NCBI GenBank assembly: GCA_003094535.1
Contig: NATV01000102.1
Location: forward strand, 6,507-70,506
Direction: 5' to 3'
DNA length: 64,000 nt
DNA from: a gamma proteobacterium symbiont of Ctena orbiculata
Lineage (GTDB): Bacteria; Pseudomonadota; Gammaproteobacteria; Chromatiales; Chromatiaceae
Below the pieces are notes generated by a model. It saw only the letters and a program-made list of their open reading frames with translations, did no database searches and was not told where the DNA came from. Below are positions 9,446 through 17,155 of this stretch, in pieces. The first letter of the stretch is position 1; each line of letters opens with the position of its first letter. Made by a program: the position numbers and the translations under genes.

Positions 9446-10096
9446 TCAGAACTGAATAACGTGGTCCTTCGCTGAAAGCTCTTTCGCACCCTGCTTGCTC
9501 TCGATGACATACTGAACGTTAAGCTCTTCCGTAGCGGGGAAGGCTTCGAACAGCTCAACGGTCAGCTGTGTCAGCTTACCGGGCTGATCACACTCGAAGT
9601 GATAAACCGCCTCGATGTCCGAGTGGGTTTCGCCCTCGTGCTCCTCGTGCCCGCGCTCCTCATGACCATGTTCCTCTTTCTCTTCATGATCATGATCGTC
9701 CGTGTGCTTGTCATTATGGTCGTCATGCTCTTCCTTAAGCAACGCGGAAGTGACCATCGCTTTTTCCATACGGCAGCCGGCCTCGTCGTTAAAACGGAAC
9801 AATTGATCACCGATTTTCAACGCGGCCACGGCCTTGTCCAAAGCGGCGTGGTCGGCCTCCGACGAAGGTGCATGTTCAAAGCCCACGATATTCGCAGCCG
9901 GACTATCGAGTTCGATGTGTACCTCCTCACCATCGAGTGCTAGGTTCAGTGCGGCGATGCCGTGCACGTGAGCATCGTGACTGCGGTGTTCCTGATCATG
10001 GTCATGGTCGTGTTTCTCATCCGCGCCTGCCCCGAGCGCAAGGAGCGCCAGAGGCGTCAGCAGAGAGGCAGTCAAAGCGATGTGTTTCAGATGCAT
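9446..10096 (-). CDS. zrgA: ZrgA family (DUF2796) protein, copy 2, with long His/Glu tracts
   Basis: AAGGAGA RBS before MHLKHIAL; HDAHVHG, SPAANIVGFEH, HSDIEAVYHFEC. Confidence 0.88.
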   Translation of the reverse strand: MHLKHIALTASLLTPLALLALGAGADEKHDHDHDQEHRSHDAHVHGIAALNLALDGEEVHIELDSPAANIVGFEHAPSSEADHAALDKAVAALKIGDQLFRFNDEAGCRMEKAMVTSALLKEEHDDHNDKHTDDHDHEEKEEHGHEERGHEEHEGETHSDIEAVYHFECDQPGKLTQLTVELFEAFPATEELNVQYVIESKQGAKELSAKDHVIQF

Positions 10097-10210
10097 AACG
10101 GGATTTCTCCTTTGAAGGACGCTCTTTCGTTGTTCGGTCAGCCGCACACCGCGTTCATGGCACAGCGCCTCGGCTCGCTCCAGTACACGGGAAAATGCTT
10201 TATTATTCAC
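10097..10210 (-). pseudogene. zur: N-terminal remnant of a Zur/Fur-family regulator, in frame with zrgA copy 2
   Basis: MNNKAFSRVLERAEALCHERGVRLTEQRKSVL matches the Zur N-terminus (LxxAExxCxxRGxRLTxQRxxVL) and then runs directly into the zrgA RBS. Confidence 0.72.
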
Positions 10211-10243
10211 GGTTTTCTCCTTGCCACCAATCTCCTATGGCGG

Positions 10244-11146
10244 CTATTTACGCAAGGCGGCGACCAACACTCGGATGTTGTGTCGCATCATGCCAAGGTA
10301 GGTGCCGGCAGGCCCGTCGGCGTTCGACAGGGCATCGGAATAGAGGGTACCACCGATCCGCGCCCCAGTTTCTCGGACGATCTGGTCGATTAAGCGGCGG
10401 TCAGAGACGTTCTCGACGAAGACGGCCGTAATCTTCTCCTGGTTGATCTGACGAATCAGCCTGGCGACCTCACCCGCGGACGCCTCCGCTTCGGTGTTTA
10501 CACCGACCGGCGCATGGAACTCAATGCCGTAGGCTGCTGAGAAGTAGCCGAAGGCGTCGTGAGATGTGACCACCTTGCGCCGTTCGACCGGCAGAGAATT
10601 GATCGCCTCACGTACCTGTGCTTCGACCACGTCGATCTCCTTCATGTAGTGCGCCGTATTGCTGCGATAGATTTCGGTCCCTGCAGGATCGATCGCAGCC
10701 AATCCGTCGGCGATGTTGCGGATATAGATCTGGGCATTGGCCAGACTCTGCCAGGCATGGGGATCGATCTCGCCGTGGTCCTGATCCGCCATTTCGCGGG
10801 GCTCGACACCGGCGGTTGCCGTCACTACTTGTCCCTTGTAACCGGATGCCTCCGTCAGGCGGTCTATCCAACCCTCAAAGCCCAATCCATTGACGATTAA
10901 CAGCTTGGTCTCGGCAACAGACCGGGCGTCCGCCGGGGTCGGCTGATAGACGTGCGCGTCACCGTTAGGGCCAACCAAGGTAGTCACATGAACCCGGTCA
11001 CCGCCCACCTGTTGGACCATATCACCCAGGATGCTGAATGAGGCGACAACGTTGATGGGAACGTCAGCGCGGGCAATCCCAGCCCCGAATACCGCGACCA
11101 AACCAATGGCGAAGAGGGAAGATAGGATAGATCGTCGGGATATCAT
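10244..11146 (-). CDS. Metal ABC transporter substrate-binding protein (ZnuA/AztC, cluster A-I)
   Basis: VVASFSILGD, GDAHVYQPTP, IDPHAWQS, VTSHDAFGY, LYSDAL. Confidence 0.93.
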   Translation of the reverse strand: MISRRSILSSLFAIGLVAVFGAGIARADVPINVVASFSILGDMVQQVGGDRVHVTTLVGPNGDAHVYQPTPADARSVAETKLLIVNGLGFEGWIDRLTEASGYKGQVVTATAGVEPREMADQDHGEIDPHAWQSLANAQIYIRNIADGLAAIDPAGTEIYRSNTAHYMKEIDVVEAQVREAINSLPVERRKVVTSHDAFGYFSAAYGIEFHAPVGVNTEAEASAGEVARLIRQINQEKITAVFVENVSDRRLIDQIVRETGARIGGTLYSDALSNADGPAGTYLGMMRHNIRVLVAALRK

Positions 11147-11173
11147 AGAAATACTCCTGGTTCAGTTTAGGGA

Positions 11174-12040
11174 TTATGCTTCTAAATGACGGTGCGGCCT
11201 GAGGCGCGTCATGATTACACCGTCAGGTCCGAACGACAGCGAGAACAGATAGAACGCCCCTGCCGTCAGGATGATGGCGGGGCCGGAAGGCAAGCTGGCG
11301 TAATAGGACAAGAGCAGGCCGACAAACCCACTCAGGAAAGCCCCAAGCACACCGATGGCCAGCAGGGGGGTGATGTCGCGAGTCCAGAACCGGGCGGCAG
11401 CGGCGGGAAGTATCATGATTCCGACCGCCATCAGGGTCCCCAGGGCATGAAAGCCGCCCACCAGATTGAGGACCACCAGGACGAGAAAACCATAATGGGC
11501 TACCGGACTGAGGGGACTGACCGAGCGGAGAAAGCCCGGGTCGAAACATTCCATCATCAAGGGGCGGTAGATCACGGCAAGCCCGAACAGGGTGATCGTT
11601 GCGATCCCGGCGATCAGGAATAGGGCCGCATCGTTCAAGGCGAGCACCGTACCGAACAGGATGTGCAACAGGTCGACATTGCTGCCGCGCGTCGAGACGA
11701 TCACGACTCCAACGGCGAGGGAAATCAGGTAGAAGGCAGCGAGGCTGGAATCCTCCCGGGCCACGGTGGTTCGGGCCACCAGTCCGGAGAGTATGGCCAC
11801 AGCCACCCCTGCGATCACCCCGCCGAACGTCATGGCGCCGAGCGACAGCCCTGCCACGAGGTATCCGAGCGCCGCACCGGGTAGAATTGCATGGGCCATG
11901 GCATCTCCGGTCAGACTCATCCGGCGAAGGGTCAGGAACACGCCGATGGGTGTCGCACCCAGTAAAAGGGCAAGGCACCCGACCAGGGCCCGACGCATGA
12001 AGCCGAATTCGACGAAGGGGGCGAGGATGACATCGTACAT
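11174..12040 (-). CDS. Metal ABC transporter permease (ZnuB/AztB)
   Basis: Start reassigned to MYDVILAPF; RRMSLTGDAMAHAILPG, LLHILFG, ALGTLMAVG, PSGPAII. Confidence 0.93.
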   Translation of the reverse strand: MYDVILAPFVEFGFMRRALVGCLALLLGATPIGVFLTLRRMSLTGDAMAHAILPGAALGYLVAGLSLGAMTFGGVIAGVAVAILSGLVARTTVAREDSSLAAFYLISLAVGVVIVSTRGSNVDLLHILFGTVLALNDAALFLIAGIATITLFGLAVIYRPLMMECFDPGFLRSVSPLSPVAHYGFLVLVVLNLVGGFHALGTLMAVGIMILPAAAARFWTRDITPLLAIGVLGAFLSGFVGLLLSYYASLPSGPAIILTAGAFYLFSLSFGPDGVIMTRLRPHRHLEA

Positions 12041-12077
12041 CACGCGCCCTCCACCGGGAGGGATGAAGCCCTGGCGT

Positions 12078-12827
12078 TCATCGTCCACATAAGGCCGCCT
12101 CTTCGTCGAAGGCCTCGGTAAGCCGGCGCGCTTGATCGAGATTCGCTGGAGTAAGGACGTTTTCCGTCGAACCGGCGGCGATCTGCTCGCGGGCCAACAG
12201 CAGGGTCTCTGGGAAATCCGTCCGGACCTGATCCAGGTCATGCAATACGGCGACCACCGTCCGCCGCTCTCCATGCCAGCGACGAATGAGTCCCTTGAGA
12301 TCACGCACTGTCGCCGAATCGATGGCCGTGAACGGCTCGTCCAGAAGAATCAACCGCGCGTCCTGAAGCAGCAGGCGGGCGAACAGGGCACGTTGCATTT
12401 GCCCGCCGGAGAGGGTGCCGATGGGTCGCCGCTCGAAACCACCCAGTCCCACGATCGCCAACGCCTCGGCTACCTTCCGCTCACCCTCCCTTCCGAATCC
12501 GCGTAGGGCCCCTGTCTTGCGCCACAGTCCCATGGCCACCATGTCGAAGACCGAGATCGGAAAGCTCCGATCGATATCGGCCTTCTGGGGCAGGTACGCG
12601 ATTTCCGAGACTTTAATCCCCGTCAACCTGATCTCACCTCCGAGGGGTACGAGGCCGCCGACGATTCCTTTGAGAAGTGTCGACTTTCCGGCACCGTTCG
12701 GTCCCACCACGGCGACCAGGGCACCGGTACGGATAGCGTAATCGAGATGATGGACTGCGGGGTGGCGGTCGTATCCGAGGGTCAGGTTCTCGAAATGCAA
12801 GATCATACCGTCCATTGGCACACTCAT
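12078..12827 (-). CDS. Metal ABC transporter ATP-binding protein (ZnuC/AztA)
   Basis: GPNGAGKST, AYLPQ, LSGGQMQR, LLDEPF, VLHD; start at 12827 overlaps the stop of the 35-aa ORF (ATGA). Confidence 0.93.
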   Translation of the reverse strand: MSVPMDGMILHFENLTLGYDRHPAVHHLDYAIRTGALVAVVGPNGAGKSTLLKGIVGGLVPLGGEIRLTGIKVSEIAYLPQKADIDRSFPISVFDMVAMGLWRKTGALRGFGREGERKVAEALAIVGLGGFERRPIGTLSGGQMQRALFARLLLQDARLILLDEPFTAIDSATVRDLKGLIRRWHGERRTVVAVLHDLDQVRTDFPETLLLAREQIAAGSTENVLTPANLDQARRLTEAFDEEAALCGR

Positions 12828-12931
12828 AGCAGGGCCCAGACAACCGCAAGCCACAACAGACCGGTGGCGACGCTAGCAAGCGCGAGGCGCGCTCCGACAC
12901 CGGCCCGAAGGGGAGAGAATGGTGGCTTCAT
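12824..12931 (-). CDS. 35-aa single-TM micropeptide
   Basis: MKPPFSPLRAGVGARLALASVATGLLWLAVVWALL; GGAGGA RBS; start and stop both overlap neighbouring genes; below the ORF-track cut-off. Confidence 0.7.
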   Translation of the reverse strand: MKPPFSPLRAGVGARLALASVATGLLWLAVVWALL

Positions 12932-13101
12932 CAGGATAGTCCTCCGTTGAAAGTGTCGTTGTGCTCGTCGTGCTCATCGTGTAGAGCTTCGGCTCTGTGC
13001 GCATGGTCCTGGTCCGATGCTTCGTGGCGCTCGTCCGCAAGTTCGTGTTCGTCATACGTATGCACCTCCATCTCGCGCAACAGCTCAGCAAGGCCCACCA
13101 T
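12931..13101 (-). CDS. 56-aa acidic His-rich micropeptide
   Basis: MVGLAELLREMEVHTYDEHELADERHEASDQDHAHRAEALHDEHDEHNDTFNGGLS; ATG directly abuts the upstream TAA and its TGA overlaps the next ATG. Confidence 0.5.
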   Translation of the reverse strand: MVGLAELLREMEVHTYDEHELADERHEASDQDHAHRAEALHDEHDEHNDTFNGGLS

Positions 13102-14127
13102 TTACAAACCCACTGTTGGTTTTAGCGCAAACGACGCGTTCAGTAGCCACAGCCCTAAAAGCAATAGCAGGGTGCCGCCAAACGCAGCCACACCACCGGC
13201 CGCCAGCGTCCACAGCGGTGACTGGTGAGCGACGACCACACTCGCCCAGTTTCGTGCCTTCGTCGCAAAAATGGCCAAGACAACAACGGTAATCGCAGTC
13301 CCTACGGACATGGCCATCACGGCAAACGCGCCATGCCAAGTCAACTCCATTACTGCGGCAAGAATCAGCACCAACACTGCACCGCTGCACGGGCGCAGTC
13401 CAATGGCCAAAACCACACCAGCCACCGCATGCCGACTGTCAACGGTGTCAATTTCGACCACGCTGGGCAGATGCCGGCAGCCGCAACCCGCCCCGTGCAC
13501 ATGATCGGCATGCTCGTGGTGGACATGGCCGGTTTCGTGCCGCAACTGGCGTACACTATGAGCCATAGTGGCTGCGGCGCGTGCCAGCAAATACAGTCCA
13601 ACGATTGCTAGTAGAGAGAAGCTGACTCGCGTGACCCACAGTGAAGCTGTTTCAGTCTCCCGCGGTAGCCAACCGGCAAAACCGATCAGGCCGTATACCA
13701 GCAACAGCGCGGTCACGCCTTGCAGGAGCGCAGCAGCGGTTCCCATGGCAATACCACGATTCAAGCGGCTTCGGTGGGTCAACAGGTAGGTCGTCAACAC
13801 GACCTTGCCATGCCCAGGCCCTGCAGCATGCAAGACGCCGTAAAGAAAGCTCATCAGCACCAAAACCCAACCGACACTATCCTTGCCGCGTAGCTCTCGC
13901 AACTCCCTCGTCAGCGCGCGGTGGAACTCGCGCTGCTTTGACCAGACCCAGGCCGCTGCCTGATCCCAGACGTCAACTGCCCGCTCGGTGTCAGCGTGGT
14001 TACCATCCCTGGACAGCTCGGTGGTGGTCCGCTCACCTGGTAATAGAGCTGTTGCATGCGATTCGGACAAGAGAGCGATGGCCCCCATCCACGCGAGAAA
14101 AAAAAATGTAAAGCAACTCACTCGCAT
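13102..14127 (-). CDS. RcnA/NiCoT-like nickel/cobalt/zinc transporter (ZevB-like)
   Basis: SFLYGVLHAAGPGHGK, His-rich loop HVHHEHADHVHGAGCGCRH, GLRPCSGA, AMSVGTA. Confidence 0.88.
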   Translation of the reverse strand: MRVSCFTFFFLAWMGAIALLSESHATALLPGERTTTELSRDGNHADTERAVDVWDQAAAWVWSKQREFHRALTRELRELRGKDSVGWVLVLMSFLYGVLHAAGPGHGKVVLTTYLLTHRSRLNRGIAMGTAAALLQGVTALLLVYGLIGFAGWLPRETETASLWVTRVSFSLLAIVGLYLLARAAATMAHSVRQLRHETGHVHHEHADHVHGAGCGCRHLPSVVEIDTVDSRHAVAGVVLAIGLRPCSGAVLVLILAAVMELTWHGAFAVMAMSVGTAITVVVLAIFATKARNWASVVVAHQSPLWTLAAGGVAAFGGTLLLLLGLWLLNASFALKPTVGL

Positions 14128-14753
14128 CGAATGGTCACCGTTTCAGCAAACTGAATGCCGAGACCATCCCCACCGCTCTCATTTATTCCGAGCGAGGCCG
14201 CGTAGGCGACCAGGGCCGCATCCGGTTTTGGCGGCTCAAGGCGGTATCGACACGCTGGGGGCGCGTCTCTCAGCACGATGGCTGGGCTCTCCTCGGCATG
14301 CAGCATCTCGAAATAGTAGGTCGGCTCCGCGATCCGAAAGACGATATCGCTTTGCCTTGGGTCAAATGGTGCTTTCAACGCCAGGCTGAATTCGATCTCG
14401 ATCCGATGGTCCCACACACCAATCCGAGCGTGCTTGGCATCTCCAAACTCAGCCTTAACACCCTGCTGCTCAATCTGCAGAAAGTAGCGATGTCGCCCGA
14501 TGTTCCTCAAGGTCTTCTCAAGTACCACCTGCAGGTCCTTCCCGGTCGCGGTGGTGTCGTCGAGCAACAACACCGAGTAGTAATCATCGAATAACCAGCG
14601 CAGTTTCACACCGCTGATCAGTCCCTTTGGATTGAACTGCCACTCGGTGAAGACATCGATCCAATGGTGGGGATGGGCCTGTGTCCCGGGCGCGAAACAC
14701 ATCGCAATCGTCAATACAGCCATACGCCAATGTCTTGTGAACGACCAGCTCAT
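14118..14753 (-). CDS. DUF1007 family periplasmic protein (ZevA-like)
   Basis: Signal peptide ending AQA then HPHHWID; W.FDDYYS; EPTYY. Confidence 0.85.
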   Translation of the reverse strand: MSWSFTRHWRMAVLTIAMCFAPGTQAHPHHWIDVFTEWQFNPKGLISGVKLRWLFDDYYSVLLLDDTTATGKDLQVVLEKTLRNIGRHRYFLQIEQQGVKAEFGDAKHARIGVWDHRIEIEFSLALKAPFDPRQSDIVFRIAEPTYYFEMLHAEESPAIVLRDAPPACRYRLEPPKPDAALVAYAASLGINESGGDGLGIQFAETVTIRCE

Positions 14754-15385
14754 GCGCGCCAGAGTGGATCTAGCGTAACCAGTGTTCGCAAAGCGGAGTC
14801 AGGGGCAAGTTCCGGTGAACGATGCACGGCACCGAACGCATCACAGCCCTGCCACAGCGCGCCCTTGAGCAGTACGATCTCCCCCGGGACTGCCTGAATA
14901 AAGGCGCTTTCTCCCATCCGGCCAGAGTGAAGATCGCGACGATCGACATCCTGGTCGTCAAGCCATTGCGTACCCGGGCCCTGGTAGGTACAGACGAGCC
15001 GGATGCTTGTGCGGTCAACATGCCAGCCAGGGCACATGGCGTACCCCACTCGTGCGAGACGAAGACCGACTTCGGAGCACCCCATCAGCTCGAAGACGAT
15101 CTCGCGCAACAATGACAAATCGTCGATCAATGGCGCCCGTCCTGGTCCGGCTGGTAGACAATCGAGCTTTGGCTTGGCGGCTGAGGACAAGGCTTCAACT
15201 ACCTGCAACTCCCCTGTCTGATGCAGCTCAGACAGGTAAGCCCCAATGGCGGGATCGATCTCCCGTTGCCAGGTACAAACCTGCATCCCGGGATCGAAGA
15301 TCTCGACCAGATCGGCGAGTTCCGGAACCCGCCGCCAAGTCGGCATCGCGGGGGTCACGTCGGAAGCGACATTGGGTTCGGCCAT
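14750..15385 (-). CDS. DUF1826 domain protein, copy 2
   Basis: MCPGWHVD, RLVCTYQGPGTQW, LLKG, VHRSP. Confidence 0.88.
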   Translation of the reverse strand: MAEPNVASDVTPAMPTWRRVPELADLVEIFDPGMQVCTWQREIDPAIGAYLSELHQTGELQVVEALSSAAKPKLDCLPAGPGRAPLIDDLSLLREIVFELMGCSEVGLRLARVGYAMCPGWHVDRTSIRLVCTYQGPGTQWLDDQDVDRRDLHSGRMGESAFIQAVPGEIVLLKGALWQGCDAFGAVHRSPELAPDSALRTLVTLDPLWRA

Positions 15386-15388
15386 GAC

Positions 15389-16054
15389 TCAGCAATCCAG
15401 GCAGAATAGCACGCGGGTCTGGCCGGAGCCCGCGATCGACGGAGAACGATGCACCAGGCCGTGCCCCGTGTTGCCGGGGTAGGCGTCGCCTTTCATGATA
15501 GCCGCCCAGAAGGGCTCGAACTGCGATGGCTCACCGAAGCGAATGATATCGTCATTGGGCGCCCCCGTACTTTGTGCCAAGCGATCGACCTGATCATTGG
15601 CCAACCATTCTGTACCAGGCCCCCGATAGGTACATAGCAATCGCAACTGTGTGTAGTCGACATGAAAGCGACGACAATCGTCATCATCGGTAGTCACCAG
15701 ACGCAATGCCACATCGCGATTCTCACTGATACTGAAATAAAGATCCGCCAGCCGACGCAGGTCGACATGCCAATTTTTGAAAGCCAATGGATCAAGGCCT
15801 TGCTGCTGCAACAGCGTGCTGACGTCATCGTCGAACGAATTCAACGACGTCGGACAACGTACATCTGGGAGGTCTGATGGGTGGAGGGATGATAGTTCTC
15901 GGATAACTGCCGGTTGGACAGGGCGTTGCCACAGGCAAAGATTCACGCTGGGATCAAGTACCTGGCGCATCACATCGGGGCTATCACCGATGATATGGGA
16001 TGTCACGCCGGGTGCAGAAGTCGTGGATTCTTGGGGAGTCAGGATCTGGTGCAT
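15389..16054 (-). CDS. DUF1826 domain protein, copy 1
   Basis: DCRRFHVD, RLLCTYRGPGTEW, MKG, LVHRSP. Confidence 0.88.
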   Translation of the reverse strand: MHQILTPQESTTSAPGVTSHIIGDSPDVMRQVLDPSVNLCLWQRPVQPAVIRELSSLHPSDLPDVRCPTSLNSFDDDVSTLLQQQGLDPLAFKNWHVDLRRLADLYFSISENRDVALRLVTTDDDDCRRFHVDYTQLRLLCTYRGPGTEWLANDQVDRLAQSTGAPNDDIIRFGEPSQFEPFWAAIMKGDAYPGNTGHGLVHRSPSIAGSGQTRVLFCLDC

Positions 16055-16083
16055 ATTACAGATACTCGTTCGCTCCTAGATAT

Positions 16084-16121
16084 AAATGTTATATTATAAC
16101 GATATGTTATAACATATCATT
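16084..16121. promoter_or_regulatory. Tandem Zur-type boxes
   Basis: TGTTAT-ATT-ATAACG (16087-16101) and TGTTAT-AAC-ATATCA (16105-16119), about 30 bp upstream of the DUF1826 start. Confidence 0.8.
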
Positions 16122-16407
16122 AAAAACACAAGCCTCCATCATACGCTAGGCGTTATCTGAGACGAAATCTCACCTCAAGTGCTGGAGTAGAGCATTGGTG
16201 TTGAGTAGAAAACTACGTAGCGGCGCAATTGCGGCAATGTTGGCTATCCCAGCGACGGCTACCACAGACGACAGCGTGGATAAGGCCAAAGTTAGTCGCG
16301 TGTTCGAGCAACTGAAGGCCGAAAACAAGCTGAAGATCAAGACCCTCGAACCAAGGCGTAAGGCCGCAGGTCACCGAGATATACCGGTGCAATAATTCCG
16401 TCATTAC

Positions 16408-16764
16408 TTAATTCTTCGGATTCTCCTCCGTTTCGACCGGTCCGTGGTCGTCGCAATGGTCGCCGTGGGGGCGATGGAGTCGGCCATTGACGATGTAGTC
16501 GGTATGGTCGCCGTGAGGAACAGCCTCATGTCCGCAGCCAGGTCCGTGGACGTGGGCATCATCATGTTTGACCGGCTGGCATTGGTCTGGGTTTTTTTCA
16601 GTGATCTCCAAGCGATGTTCATCATAGTGGTCGCCATGTTTGTGGTGCATGTGACCATCATGCAGGTAGTCGGTGTGGTCTCCATGTTTGATCTTGGTGT
16701 GACCACAGTGCTCACCGTGCTCATGATCGTGGTTTTCATGTGTTTCACATTTTTCGTTAGCCAT
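16408..16764 (-). CDS. His-rich metal-binding protein with an internal duplication
   Basis: 118 aa from MANEK (AAGGAG RBS); 25 His and 5 Cys; two copies of HGxxCGHxxxxHGDHTDYxxxGxxHxxHGDHxDxH. Confidence 0.85.
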   Translation of the reverse strand: MANEKCETHENHDHEHGEHCGHTKIKHGDHTDYLHDGHMHHKHGDHYDEHRLEITEKNPDQCQPVKHDDAHVHGPGCGHEAVPHGDHTDYIVNGRLHRPHGDHCDDHGPVETEENPKN

Positions 16765-17155
16765 GATCCGCTCCTTCCGCTTTTTCACCATTCAATATGA
16801 ATATAGCGCTCTTAAGTGATTTTTCCGGAATATCCCATGTAGTCGGTACCTCCAATCACGGTTACTGGCACCCAGACGAGGTTATCTGTCATGCGGTGTA
16901 ATCGTACAATCTGCCCGACCTTACTTGGCGATAGATATAGGCAGTCAGTTTTGCCCGCAACTCCAAAATTGACCTCTTGGTAGCGAACTTCCGTATGAAG
17001 TTGTTTACAGAAATTCCACCGGTATACGAGAGGGTCTGCTTTTAGCAGCCGAATCCGGCTACCCTAATCATGCCATACCCAACAACTCAATCATCAGGGG
17101 ATCCATATCATACAGGAATCGCTGACACCCAAAGATCCCTCAACAGAGATCGCTT

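Noticed and set aside
14098-14106. A9 homopolymer in the RcnA-like gene as a phase-variation switch
   Set aside because: In frame, encodes a Phe run in a hydrophobic leader; no evidence of slippage
16195-16395. 66-aa ORF with a signal-like start, possibly a DsbA-like N-terminal remnant
   Set aside because: No CxxC or other diagnostic motif; too weak to list as a feature
16404-17050. HGDH repeats as a CRISPR or DNA repeat array
   Set aside because: Repeats are at protein level within one CDS; no identical DNA repeats with spacers
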